A stretch of DNA of 57,801 bases, the filler included, from Platydemus manokwari (taxonomy: Eukaryota), in assembly GCA_037951405.1 (NCBI GenBank). It is 5 parts of 5 records of this genome, joined end to end, with 100 filler letters (N's around TTAATTAATTAA, not from the genome) between each part and the next. Parts side by side here need not be neighbours in the genome. Positions count along the whole stretch, not along the records: positions 23,742 to 34,149 come from JBBMOY011136106.1; positions 34,250 to 45,103 come from JBBMOY011100665.1; 3 more parts are not named here. The stretch is one strand, 5' to 3'. Shown piece after piece: positions 28,674 through 42,472 of the stretch (the first letter of the stretch is position 1; each line of letters begins with the position of its first letter). The notes below the pieces were generated by a model that was given only the letters and a program-made list of their open reading frames with translations, was not told the origin of the DNA and did no database searches. The position numbers and the translations under genes were made by a program.

Positions 28674-28812
28674 TTTATACTAATAAGGATTTACACACAT
28701 CTCGCAACTTTCAGTCACATAATTGTATTCATGATTGATATTTTATTGTTTGCGACCTGCACACAAATCGATGCCATTTACTTCTATTCATTATTTGACC
28801 ATCAAGCCAATC
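28674..28812 (-). promoter_or_regulatory. Putative TATA box and CCAAT box of the DM9 gene
   Basis: TATAAA on the minus strand at 28679-28674, about 35 nt upstream of the ATG. AGCCAATC lies near 28806-28813. Confidence 0.45.
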
Positions 28813-29399
28813 AAATTGATATCATGCCATGTAAGCAAACTCACAAATTCAAATAATATTTTTATTTGCTTTAGTCACCCACACTATTATTTAACTTGAA
28901 AACGATTACATCATGAGAATGAGTTTGAGTTTCACTTATACTAGTTTGTATAAGCGAATAACAATAGCTTTAATCAATGCTTCAAAACAGATTATAGAAT
29001 TGGGAAACTCAAATTTATAGTAACGTGACACAAATTTGTTCGTATTTTTTGAAACCACTGATTTATCGTTAACCATGTAACATTTCTTCAGTAGTTTGGA
29101 AAAAACAATACAAATAACCAAATATTAGCTAAAAATTATTGTTACCCACAGCAAAATGTTTACCACTAACAATATATTCAATATTTTCAATTATAACTAG
29201 ACAGGAACCATTTCTAATCGGTTATTCTGAATACACTGGCTACATTTCACATTTCCAAACTACATTCATGTTTTATTATTTTCCCATTTTAGTTCTGTAA
29301 GGATAATAATAATTTTAATAAATTAAATATTTTTACTCATGTATCTACAGGACGATATCGAACAGTTTATCAAAAGCTGTTATCGATATTTTCCTATTG

Positions 29400-30480
29400 A
29401 CAAGACCACAAAATTAATGAGAATCTGAAACGCGATAGCGCCATACGAGACAGTTTCAGACGTGATTAAGGATTATGAGGAAATACTGGTTTAGGTCAAA
29501 ATAGTTCATTGACTATCTTACCAATCCGGAATTTATGGCAAAACAGTGTACAAAATATAATGTGCAATTCATCATGGGACACCCTGCTGATTGTTGTTTT
29601 TAAGAAAAAAGAAAGGAAATTAGACTATGTCACGATTTTAGACAGTTAAATTTACTAACAGAAAGACAAGCGTTTCCAATAGAAGAAGATATACATCTAT
29701 TGACTTAGGTGATGCGTACTACCAAGTCGAGTTATAAAAGAATCCCAAGCAAAAAAACAGCATTTTCAGCGAAAATGAACAACATTATTTAACAATAATT
29801 CAATTTGATATTAGAGATGCACCAGGGACTTTTCAAGAGTGAATTACTTATGTATGGACAAGTATAAGAGATAAAGTCACAATGATTTACGTAGGTAATA
29901 TACTAGTATCTTCAGAAACTGTAGAAGAAAAATATAAGATCTAATTAGTAATACAAAGAATACGAAAAGCTGGATTAAGGATAAATCAAGAAAAATGTCA
30001 CATACTGAAAAAGGAAATCAAGTTCCTTTGGCAAATAATAAATGATGAAGGTGTCAAAACTGATCCAAATGAAATTGATGCAATTAAAAAGTTTGAAAGA
30101 GCGAAATATATAAAATATTTAAGAACCTTTGTAGGATATTTTGGATACTATAGGCGATTCATACAGGACTAATCGAAAAAATAATATGGAACAATGGGTG
30201 TTATATGACATTCTTAAAAATGAAAAAATATTGACATTCTTAGACTAAATTAAAGAATTGACAATGACACAAGTTTTGACACAATATGAGCAGTTTCATC
30301 CTACAAAAATGATCAAGAAAGCGAACGTGTAATCTCATGCGGATACCATCAAATGCACAATGGTTATAAAACATCAGACAGGATATTGTATCTCTAAGAA
30401 AGAATTACTGCCCACATATTGTTTCTGTCAGCATTTCAACCATTGTCTCTATGGCAAAAGATTCGTGACTAGATAGTCTT
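29400..30480 (+). mobile_element. Decayed Ty3/gypsy pol fragment (RT to RNase H)
   Basis: Frameshifted peptides IRLCHDFRQLN, IDLGDAYYQV, APGTFQ, IYVGNILV (degenerate YxDD), AGLRINQEKC, LRTFVGYFGYYRRFI and KKELL...QHFNHCLYGKRF. Confidence 0.85.
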
Positions 30481-30829
30481 TATCAAATATTTCTTTCTCC
30501 ATTATTTATAATTTCTCATAATGTTTTGTATTTATATTTATCAATGATTATAAAATTATTACATCCTAGATTAATAAATGTATTATTAGCTTTGGCATAA
30601 TGTTTACCAATTATAGAAGATATTACCTCTTTAATTCCTTACTCACAGATTTCATACATTGTTTGATCTGTGAATAATTCAAGTCATACATTAGTAAATT
30701 TTAATCCAGTTTCCCAGGTTAAAGTTACTGAAGATAAAAAATGTGTTGCAGCACGATATCTTTCTTTATTATTGTAAATACATCAGTTGCTTCCATTTAT
30801 ATTTATTTATCTAAAAATCACATACGTTT

Positions 30830-33300
30830 CTTTCAATATTAAAACAAAACTAATTTTCATCTAACTTCCCTTTCCGTTGTTTTTGAGATCTTTTTTCTTC
30901 GAGGTTTTGGCTGTTCCTGGAAATCAAGAAGCACTTGATGTTGGCTTAAAAATTTCAAATTTCTGTGAGGACCTTCACAACAATATCCGTTCTTCTTTAT
31001 CCTGGGTGGATTTTTCTTTATTAAAACCTCTTTCCACACCGCTAAAATTCTAGAACCTCTTTTTTAGCATCAAATTTCCTCAAGTTTGGGGCTACTGATT
31101 TTAGCTGGTCTTCAGTTTCTTTGATGATCTGGTTGAGGTGGCTTGGTTCATTTAGTCGTAAACCATACATATTAATTAATTCGTCATGTTTGAAACTAAG
31201 GGCTAATGGATTTGTTAGTTTTCTTCATTTTTTAGTTTCTCATTATGTTCCTCTACCTTTCTTCTATACACTAAAATATCGTCCAGATAAACCAGAACGC
31301 CTCTGTAAATCAAGTCCTTAAATATATTATTCATTAGACTCTGAAACGTTGCTGACGCGGTACATAATCCAAAAGGTAATCTGTTAAAACAGAACTGCCC
31401 AGTTCTAGTGCTGAACACCTAGTTTGACCTGATAATATGCTTGGCCTAAATTGGTCGTGGAGAAAACTGTCGCTTCATAAACTGAGTCCAATAACGCTTG
31501 GATATCATGTACTACAAAAGAAAACTTCTCAGTCTGTTCGTTTAATTTTCTGAAGTCTAAACACATCCTGATCGATCCATCTTTCTTAGGAACTACTGCC
31601 AAAGGCGAGTTCCAAGGGCTTTTGCATGACATTATGGCATTACCTTTGAGAAGTTTTTCTATCAATTCTTGAAGTTTGGTTTCTAAATTTATTTGTGCAT
31701 TAGTTTCCCCTTTTGTTCGGATCTCGTGCTTCATCAGATCTGTTAGTCCCAAGTAGAAACGAGACGCCATAAAATTGAGCCATTTTCTTTTATGCATTTA
31801 TTTAATGAAATATCATTTTTATCAGCAATAATCTTCAATACCATTTCAATTATGTCTTGTTCGCTTTATTTCTTTTTTTACATCTTTGCCATCAATTGAT
31901 TATATTTCACAAATTTTCATCATATCCACTCCTCCTATGAATCCTGGTGAAATTTCTTTTACCTTAATTATCTCCTTTGGTAGAATTTTTTGTTTCAAAC
32001 TACTGGGACTCTTATTTGTCCAAGACACGATTTATGTGTATTGGAGAATATATCAGGCAATCAAACATCAGAATTTTTTAGTTGTGGCTCTCAATTCGCA
32101 TCCAATTGTTCTCATTCATTACTCTTATCATAACATTTCAATCTGTGTACTGTTACAATCAATTTTACTCTACTGTCTACTCCATCTGCTTTTTGGTACA
32201 TCTGTAAGTGCTTCCTCTTCCTCTTATTGTTTTTCTTCTTTACTTCTATTCTATCTCTAGTTGATATGTGTCCTATTGACTCAACCTCATCGACTTGACA
32301 GGCACGGGAGGATGATTCCATGGAGAGTGAGCTAATACAATAATCTGCTTCACTTTCGATTTGAATATCAGATTTATTTTCCCCTTCTTTTGTAACTTTT
32401 TAATCGAACTATTGTAACTGGGCTTCCTGGCTAAATTATATTATCTAAACGGATGCCCTTCTTCTCCACATATTAAACATTTAATCCGCAGTGGATATTT
32501 AAACTTCCGGTTTCCAAGCTCATCACAGCAAAAGAATTGCTCCTAATTTTAAACAATCACGCCAAGTGATATGGGTTTGACTCTACAATCGTTGTAAAAT
32601 TTAGAAGCAATAGCCTTCTTTGTTGTTCTTCTTCTTGTATTGTTTGGAGATTCCATGTGATTAACTGATGTCCGATGACATTCCTTTACATCGAAATCTC
32701 TTTCCTGCAAGATTGGGCTTGACTTTCTGTAAGAAGTCTCCTTCTCCAAATTTTTTCTCGGATTACTTTCATATGCCGAATGGGTATATTTTGTCTTCGT
32801 CGGATTTGCTACTCTAAATTGAGAGCCAATTCTCTCCTCCTATCGTCGGACATTGCAGAAACAAAAGTAAAAGACTCTTTCACTTTCTTGAAATTTCTTC
32901 AAGAGTGTTTTTCTTGTCGAATACCTCTTTCATAACTTTTTTCAGAATCAATAACTCCTGAGTTTTTGGCGGTAGATTAGCAAAGATTTTTTTGCCTTTC
33001 TTCCTGTTTAGCTCTCGTAAGAGCATTTATTTCGGTGTGGTCGCTAGTAAAAACATTCTTTAATTCCGTCACAAAAATTTATTAAAATTTGAAAAAGCAC
33101 GTGTTGAGAATATTTAAACAAATTGAATTTCCAATATTATCTAGCTTCCCTCTCTCGTTGTTTTTGAAATCTTTATCAGCCACTCAATTATTCGAAGTTT
33201 TGTCTGTCACTGGAAATCAAGAAGCACTTGGTGTGGGCCTTATTATTGGTGCTGTTGTGTTTACACGATGTAAAGCACAACAATACTCGTTAACTGATTA
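30830..33300 (-). mobile_element. Internally deleted, decayed Ty3/gypsy LTR retrotransposon
   Basis: RT motifs SPWNSPLAVVPKKDGSIRMCLDFRKLN, RLPFGLCTASATFQ and VYLDDILV are split across frames. A gag zinc-knuckle remnant (CLICGEEGH) lies near 32455-32480 and a PBS-like TAGCGACC near 33039-33046. Diverged direct repeats at about 30835-30950 and 33108-33240 look like LTR remnants. A purine tract (30986-30998) precedes TGTTGTG at 30982. Confidence 0.85.
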
Positions 33301-34039
33301 ATATGACACCAAATGACAAATAAGTTGCTCACTAAGATTTATTATTGCACTATACAAGCTCTCTCAATGTATAAAATTGAATCACAACGATTGAGGCTTT
33401 AAATAATTTAAAAATAATTTAAATAAAAATAAAATAAAATAAATTATAAAATAATTTAAATAATTAAAAACCTCAGAGTCAGTGCAGAAAATTGAATTTG
33501 TAATTCAAATTTAATTCTAATTTTATATAAAATCATATTTACATAAAATTAAATTTATTTGTCTAAATATTTGCATTTAAATTGACTTTTACTTTCTTGA
33601 TTTTTCAGATCGTTTTAAATGTGTGGTTTTTAAAAAGGTAGTGGCTAACACTGGTCATGGATCTAATAATGACTTTACTTTTACGCTTTAAAATTATATT
33701 ACGTTACGAATATACGTTACTGACGATTACACTTATTCGGAAAAAATATCGCAAATATCCTCTAAAAAATAATGATAAATAACTAAAATAATCTTCTGGA
33801 ATTCGTTCATAATCGGATTTCCTCCGTATTCTGTCTTTAAATCGATTGAAATTACTTGCACCGATTCATAATCTATCGTAAAACAAAGTTCAACATCCCA
33901 CCAACTTTAATGTGTTAATAATTTGGCCTGCATTTGGTCACCTTCCACTCAGAAGCATCTGAAAAATGACTCATTTTAATAAAATATTATTTAATTCTAT
34001 TTTCTATTATTTAAATTTTATTTTAATTAACTTGGCTCT

Positions 34040-34086
<47 letters not shown>

Positions 34087-34087
34087 G
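34040..34087. repeat. (ATT)n microsatellite
   Basis: cattatcattatcattattattatt... Confidence 0.85.
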
Positions 34088-34149
34088 AAATAATATTTTT
34101 TCTAAAACCTAGAATTTGTTTTTTTCTAAAATTTAGAATTTTTTATTTT

Positions 34150-34249
34150 NNNNNNNNNNNNNNNNNNNNNNNNNNNNNNNNNNNNNNNNNNNNTTAATTA
34201 ATTAANNNNNNNNNNNNNNNNNNNNNNNNNNNNNNNNNNNNNNNNNNNN
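34150..34249. other. Artificial contig-joining spacer
   Basis: 44 N + TTAATTAATTAA + 44 N. Confidence 0.97.
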
Positions 34250-37200
34250 TAAAATCATTTGTAGCAATCAATTTAGTTAAATAAATCTTTGATAAACCAT
34301 CGAGTTGTTATTTATCATAAAGCACAATCGTGATTATCAGTATTAAAATTATTCTGTGCTTCAATTTAATCTATTAAATTTAATTGCCGACATCTTGGTC
34401 TTCAATACCAGGTGTTGAAGCTCCCATAAGAACCAGTGTCTTTAGGTTAAAGCGTTAAATTATCAATTAATCCAAAATCATCTAATCAAATAAAATACCA
34501 CCCAAACAACATAACAACTATTTTCAATCAATAATATATGCAATTCATAAATGTAGATAAACAATAGACAGTAAATGCATACTATTCACATCCAAAGCAA
34601 ATCACATTCTGATAAACATTTTGAGAAAAAAGCATGTCAGTGAACTAGAAATCAAATCAACAAGAAATTATAAATAAACTATAATAAAATCTTGAAAATC
34701 ACAGATTGTATAAACACAGTAAATGAAGACACTTCTAAATATCGACTCATAAGACAATTCCACGGAAAAACAATAATTTCTTATTTGAGTATATGCTCTG
34801 TAATGTACAAGTAATTGTTGACAGAAAAATCATTGCAATAAGTTGTAACTGATTTGATAATGGTTTAAAATAATTTAAAATAATTTTTACATTAAATAAT
34901 GTATGTTCTTGGTTTTCGATTTATTGTAAATCATTAGCCAATATAAGTTATTATTATTAGGTTAGAATAATAATCGCTTCCAAATCCAAAATTATAAACT
35001 ATGGTAGTTATGCATGGAATCATAAACATCAATTAATTCTGACGAGTGAACAAATTTTCAGTGATTTTCCGATAAGACATGTAAAATTCCGCAATCTTAG
35101 ACAAAGTTAGAATAAAATCCTTTCATATGGGAACGATTTCAAAGAAAATTTTTAGCTTTTCTTTTACTTTAAATACAAATATCAATTGTGTGTAAGCAAA
35201 GATATTCCGTTTCCGGTTATCACATTTTTGGAAGAATTTGGAGTTGGATTTTTAACCAATGTTGATCAAACAGTTAATTTAATGGTTGTAAAAGTTTTAA
35301 TTAAATTTGTAAAACAATAAAAGGCATTTCTCGTTTTAGGAATTTACTTAGAGCTCATTTAAGTGAGGATTTCAGTGCAAATTTACTTTCAAAATATGAT
35401 TATGTGATTTGAAATTGGCACATACTGTAATTTATGCTGTAATTATTGTTACTTGTTTTGGATTTATTGATATATTATAAACTTCAGCGTTGACGACTAT
35501 ATAAGCCTACGCTAAAACGTTAAATTCGCTTTACTGAAAAACAACAATTGAAAAGGTTGAATTTGAAAGTCAAAACTTGAAAGCTAATTTTGTTCGTGAA
35601 AAGGAGAAATATTTAAAAAATGCTTGTTAAAAATTATTGATATGTAAAGTAAATTATTAACATATAATAAGTAACTTGCTATAATAAAAATTTATCTCCA
35701 AAAAAATTAGACCTTTTGGCTCCTATTATATATTTTACAAAAACAAAATTTTAGGATATTTAATAGCATTCTTGCGTTCACGGTAAGATAACCTTACCGA
35801 TGTGTTTTGTAAAATCATTTTGAGTTAAACTGTGTGTAAAAATGTTTGTGATCGATAAATAAATTTTATAAACAAAGTGTGTTTAAAATAAAATATTACC
35901 ACATTTATAGCAATCGTATTTTCTTCCAATTTATAAATTAATCATTCTTAATCAAATGATTTACTCCATAACTTATTATTTGACTATTGCTTTTAAAGTT
36001 GTAACATTGGTGTCAATTATAGTAACAAGCGCTTTTGGTTATAAAATTATTTGATCTGGAATCATTGTCGTAAGTTTCATCTTGTAATTCTGTAAAAATA
36101 TCATTAATTCTCATATCACTCATTATCATACATTCTCAATTTGATAGTAAACACCATTCATACGTTTATTGTTCAAGCCATCGTTATTTATTTCATTGCA
36201 AATGTTTTCTGGATTGATTTATTACAATAACTAGCGATAAATTAAATAGAAAATCTATAAATAAATGACATATTATTCATGAATAAATACCCCGAATCAA
36301 CTAGGCTGAATAAATTTAATCAGTAGAATGAGATCAGAAAACATGAAGATGGCACCCACATGAAAGTGGTTCTACATGACACGTGGTATAAGAATTTCAC
36401 CAAAGAAATTACGAATAACAGATTTAATCAATCAAAAACAAAAACTTGCTAGTGACAGATTGATTATTGACAGATATACCAACTGTTGATATTTGACTAA
36501 TCCTTCATACTATCAAATTTTCTTTTTGCTTAGAATAAAGTATCTCAATTCATTGGGACATTCAGTTGTTATTCACTATTGATTTTGATTCGATCTGCAA
36601 TTAAACCTAATTAGTTTATCAATTTCATTATTAAAGTGATGTTAGATAATCGATAATGCGCTTCCTATTTTGACCTAAGATAGTTTTTGTTCAGCTTCTC
36701 TTTTGATAAACTATTCTATTAAACACATTTTATTTTTCACGGCGATTGACTTACCTAAACTAGTAACTTTGGGACACTAATATATTTATTTAAAAAATAC
36801 TAAACTTGTGATAACTTAGTCAGTCATGTAAAGATTACAACAAAATTTTGTGTACACCGGCATAAGTTCGACTCTCTAATTATCAAGACAGTCACTTTTC
36901 TAATCAAGTGATTCACCAGCTTATGATCACTGATGAAATTTCAGAAATGAATTATAGATTTAGTGATAATTAGGAATAATTCGACAATAATTTATCGATG
37001 AACTATTCGATGAATTAGTATGATAAGTTATAAGAGATATTTGATGATTCCACTAAAGATCTGACTCGTAACAGATTAATACGTTGGGTGCAATATAATA
37101 TAAATATTTTAGTAATAATGACCAAATTCGAATGACAATAAGATATAATTCAAATTACTAAATGTGTAATGTACAAGTTTAAGAGAGCAAGGATATGGTG

Positions 37201-40200
37201 TCCTGATAATGATAAAAATCTACGGAGAGATCTGCAAATTTGAAAAAATAAGAAGCTTTGATTCTAGTCCCTTACAAATCCGGATTGACCTTGTAGAAAC
37301 AGTTAAATAAATATTTTACAACGAATTTCCTGACGGAAATTGATGCAAAAATGTTGAAGATAATATCATTAATAAAGTATACCATGTTGAATGTTGATAA
37401 TTGAAGATAAATTAAATAATGTAATCCTTTTGCGAATAATTAAGTCCGATGCGAATGATATTTCAGTGAATAATGGTTGTAAACGTAATAATAGTGTTCA
37501 TGAACACGTATCTGAATGGCATGGTTATGTGCATGTTTATCGAATTTTGAAGGATAAAATTTGAGCATTCTTCGTTCTAAACTATTTGCTTTTACAGTTT
37601 CCTATTTTGTGGAGGTGATGATTATATTGGCTTTACATTGGGTTGATATTTGCTGTTGAGTTATGAGTTATTAATGTGCTCGTTTATGGTGCCAACTGGA
37701 CTCCAGACGATTGACTGCGTTCGTTTGAAGTAGGTGAAGGTTTAAATATAAATAATAATAATAATAATATAGTAACTAACAATAACGCAAATAAATAAAA
37801 TGTAATTATCAATTAAATACGAAACTACAAAATTAGATAAACAAATGTATTAATATAATTGTATTAACAAAGAACTGGCGAAGTGTGACTCACTTAACCA
37901 GAGTGCAAGATTCACGATACGGGTGAACCGTACAATGAAATAAAAGCTATTAAAAAAGGTAGGTGCAAAACGAAAAAAATTTTAGTTAATACCGATTAAT
38001 TAATACTCGCTGATTAATCAATTGGCTTATAGAGGAGATTTCCTGGCTTACCTTGTCACTGACTAATACTGCTAGCTATATCTAACTGTCTCTGCTTCTT
38101 TCGTGATTATCATTTTTCTGCTAGCTGACTGTGCTTGTCGTCTGATTTACAGTTAACTTTTTGGTGATTTGTTCCATTTCTCCAGCTGCTTTTATACTAA
38201 TTTTCGTTATAACTGTAACCAATCACGATTTTTCTATTTCTGGAATGTTAAAATCCTATTTTTGTAATTAATAAATTCTATTTTTAGTTTTTATTCTATT
38301 TTTCTAATTATTAAATTCTATTTATAGGATTTTCATTTATTTATGGATTTTTAATTATGTGATTATGTTTGTGGGCGTAATATGTCGTTGTGTGACTCAT
38401 TATGGATTCGGATCCTAACAACTAATTTTTCTGTGTTTCGTGGTTATTTCTTGTTACTATGATGATTCGGATTTAAAATGCAATCTTTATGGTATTTCCA
38501 TAACAGAGTTTTTAAAATTTCATTTAGCCAATATTATATTTTTGCATTTCACCATATTTACTCACAAATATTATATTTTAATTTATACATTATTTATATG
38601 TTCATATTCATATATTTATGTAAATGTTTTGCCCCTAGAGGCTTATATTTATCATTACATTTTCTGTGCATTTCATAAAAAGAGATCAAGTAATCGTCAG
38701 AGTAACATTCATCATAGTGTTAAATATCCACTGACGATGAATATCGGGTGAGATCAAATTCTACAAAAATAAAAACGGATTTCCATTTTGGAAACCCTTG
38801 ATTAAGCACTTTAAACATAGGCATTCCTTCACAACCATACAAGAGTAGCAATCAGCCAATCATAGTAAAGTTAGATGGTAAACGACAATTATAAAAGGAG
38901 CATAGTTACACAACAAAGCAATCTCAGACCAATCTCACTCATACAAAAACTTAAAAACCAATAAGAACATAGCAAAGCAAACATCGAATTAAAATGTGAC
39001 ATGGCACAAAAAATTACACACAGAATCGATGTTAAGATGGCCAAATGACAATTGGAAGTCAATTTTTGGTTGATAGTTTGTGTTTTGAGTATTGATTAGT
39101 ACACAAGAAAATATATTATTTGTCTTCGAGTTTGGAATCAGAGTACAATTCAATTGTTTATAACAATTCAGCAATATTCAAAAATGTAATTATAATCACA
39201 AGATATACTTTAAAATCAATTTGTCAATACTAGCACTCCAAATATTCACACTTCCAAAACAGGCTCGCCAATTCACAATGTGAATAGTACTCGAAAGATA
39301 AAGAAGTGGCAGAAGTAGCGACCGTGAAAAACTGGCAATTAGAGAGATCACACAAATAAATAAGACAGAGAAAAAATAACGGGATATTGAAAGACTGACA
39401 GTCACTTCCTGGATTCGACTCCTTTTATAGACCTGCTATGTTTGTTAATTTACTTCCTCGAGACTCCTATCCTGATATTTTGATTGGAAAATATTTCATT
39501 CCTCATATTTGTGCACCAATTAGAATTTGAATAAAATCATAAAAGGTTGATTTAGAAGCTTGTGATTAGTTACTGGCACCTATTTTTCCTATCAGTGTAC
39601 ACCGACCCTTTGAACCTTGATTCAATGGTTCCAATACGTATTTAATTGGTCTTTCTGCCACAGACCCCACAATAGTAACATGGCTTGATAAGACATTTTT
39701 AAAGAAGTTAATTTGCAATGTTTTACAGGAATTATATCTTTCATTTGAATTAAAATTCGTTTTATTTTCAACTTCGTGACTATATTTGATGGTGAAATAA
39801 TTATTCAGGAAAAATAATATACTTGATCGTCAAATCAAGAACAGAAGAATATTTGCGAATCACCATCAAGATTCAATTTCACTTGGTCACATTCCAATAT
39901 ATTTCAAAAAGTACAAGTTAATATTATAATTCGCTTTATCAATAATGCGCAATCTCCAATAATCCGTTAAATCGGGTAAATCAAACCTTGTTCTAAACAT
40001 CAAAAGCTCGTGGAATAAACAAGCTTTATAATTTTTTTTATAGATTTTAGCTAGATAAATTAAAGATTTTTAAAAATACTATTTATAATTATAAGTAGAC
40101 GATTTATTTTTAATTTTTGAAAAATAAACAAAAGATTAATCAATTCACATAAAAATATTCTAAATCGAATAAAACAAATTCTAAAGTTTTAAATATATTA

Positions 40201-40234
40201 TTTACAAATATTTAAAATTTTTCTACGAAATATA

Positions 40235-41817
40235 TTATTGAGGAATCTCCTCAGACTCCAAAGCCATTGTAAGATTCTGATTAGATGGGATGTCTGGCGG
40301 AGTGACGGGTCGATTTCCAGTGGACATCAGACTTTCAATCTGGATAAATCCAGTCAATGGGTCGACAATCATGTTATAAAACAACAAACCGGTTTCCAGA
40401 CCTGAATAATATTGTCGTTGGCTGTGCTGCCAATGATATTCCTGATATCAGGATGCCACCCGATATCTCCAATGGTAGCTGAATGGCCTCCATGAACAAA
40501 CATCAATTCAGCCGGGTCATCGTTGGAAGCATTTTGCAATTTCTCCACATCATGTAAAACATCCAAATCCCATATGCAAACCGCGCGAGAACTTGTTGTA
40601 CTAGCAATCATATTCGAAGAATGTGGCGACCATCGAACATTGTGCATGGCATCATTCTGTTTGTACGAGAGAGAATGAAGTTTGACGGTAAAATTTCTGA
40701 TATCCCACAAAGCAACGGTGCTGTCTTCACTAGCAGAAGCAAATACGAATTGCGAGAAAGGAGATGCAGCAATCGATGTGATTGGATGTTTATGGCCCTG
40801 TATTGAATGACTAGGTTTGGAATGATTTCGACTTCGAATATCCCACAAACCAATAGTACAATCCACCGAACATGATAGAAACACAGTGTTGAGCAATGAC
40901 CACCAAGAAACATCTGTCACATTAGCTGTATGGCCCGAAAATACTGTCGCATGATTCTGAAAATGATCCGAAGATGCTTGGCTACAAATATCCCAGAGAC
41001 TTATTGATTTATAATCACCAGCACCGAGAACATATCCAACATCAGTTGTGCTCCACGATATAATCCCATTGACAGTGTTAAAACCATTTAATTGTAACAA
41101 TGGCTTGGCAAACATGTCAGGAATCGAAGCAAAATCTTCACTTTCTTCCTCACTAATAGCATAAGATCTGTTATCAGTATCATATATATTAATGGAATTA
41201 TTCGATGTGGTGGCAATTATTTGAGGTTTCTGTGGCATATGTCGAGCTCTAGTAACAGCATGGTGATGAATAATTCGTTTTTGGAATTCAATCCGACCAA
41301 GCCCCGGTTTATAAGTACCAAATGCTATAAGAAAATAACGTTTTACATTTTTTATTTAGAATTATAGCATTTAAAATTAAAAAAAACAATGCTGGTACAT
41401 ACGAGTATCAGGATCCAAATCATCCTCGCTTGGTAAATAAACATCTGCGACTAAAACATGGCTTCTATCATTGTCAGTAGTAGATCCTAAAAGTACGCGT
41501 GATTTGACAACTGTTCCATTTCTTTGAGCAAAATATATCAAATTTTACATATTTTATATAAATTTTACTTTACTACACCTGGTAACCATTCAAATGTGAA
41601 ACTGGGCCAATGTAGAGCATGGGTCATAACCATGTCATACAAAAACGATACACTTTTCTTCCAATTTTTATAATCATCATTTAAAATCCTTTCTTCAGAT
41701 TCATCAACATAATCTAATATATTTCCATTATAAAATGTAAGAAAACACGAAAATATACAAGAGTTATTACAAATTTAATCATTAAAAACAACAATTAATT
41801 TAACCTTTATTTGACAT
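40235..41817 (-). CDS. Divergent RBBP4/7 (RbAp48/CAF1-p55)-like WD40 histone-binding protein
   Basis: Exons approximately 41817-41805, 41713-41569, 41522-41403, 41325-40390 and 40339-40235. The N-terminal CAF1C/H4-binding helix reads [39 protein letters not shown]. Further matches: [22 protein letters not shown]...KLHSL and [11 protein letters not shown]...[10 protein letters not shown] 50-nt intron (40340-40389) adds a 34-aa tail that the ORF track misses. Confidence 0.88.
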
Positions 41818-42458
41818 ATTCAGCGACGGTAAAACAAAATTATATCATTTGATAATAAATAATTTTTACCAATGAGTTAAATTGGTTTTAAAGCATCCAA
41901 CGAATTATTAATTTTAAGTAATTAATTAAATATTAAGATATTTTTGTATAAGTATAACAGATAAAATAATTGAACATAATTTTAAGAAAGTAAAGATAAA
42001 ATCTAAAGGCCTATATTTACACAAATTTTATATCAGTTTACAATGGCGAGAGATCTAATAATACAGATAAAATATTATTAACAGACGAATCTGATAAAAG
42101 ACTACAACGATGAAAGTGTTAAGAAAAAAATAGATTGGCTCATTTTATTTTATTAAATGCTTTAAGAAACCATGAAACTATCATAGACAATACAAAAGAG
42201 AATTATTTTTTACTCAAGTTTTTAAAAAAGTTATTTTTAAATAAACGTAAAATAAGACATTTAACACTGTGACTATATCAAATTTAAATTCAAATTTTAG
42301 AGAATTATCGTTGGGTTTTTTTCCACATACTCAAACGACAAATAAATAAAATTGTTATAATAAAAGATATGAAAATTAGACCATTCTGGTAAATTTAATT
42401 ATAAACTAATTTATAGCAAGAAAAGTAACCACTTTAAAATACATGAAAATAAATATGA

Positions 42459-42472
42459 GTCTCCATGGCAAC
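42459..42472. promoter_or_regulatory. RFX X-box motif
   Basis: GTCTCCATGGCAAC is a 14-bp match to the RFX/DAF-19 X-box consensus, sitting in otherwise AT-rich DNA. Confidence 0.55.

Noticed and set aside
33780-34450. Possible small terminal exons on the minus strand (DASEWKVTKCRPNY*, TLVLMGASTPGIEDQDVGN*)
   Set aside because: They are too short, have no recognisable homology and lie on opposite sides of a linker.
36850-38380. Possible LTR/retroelement debris
   Set aside because: The composition is suggestive, but no diagnostic motif or paired termini were found.
40608-40913. Alternative-frame and antisense ORFs within the WD40 gene (also those within RBM15, DM9 and the kinase)
   Set aside because: They are shadow ORFs of real coding exons.
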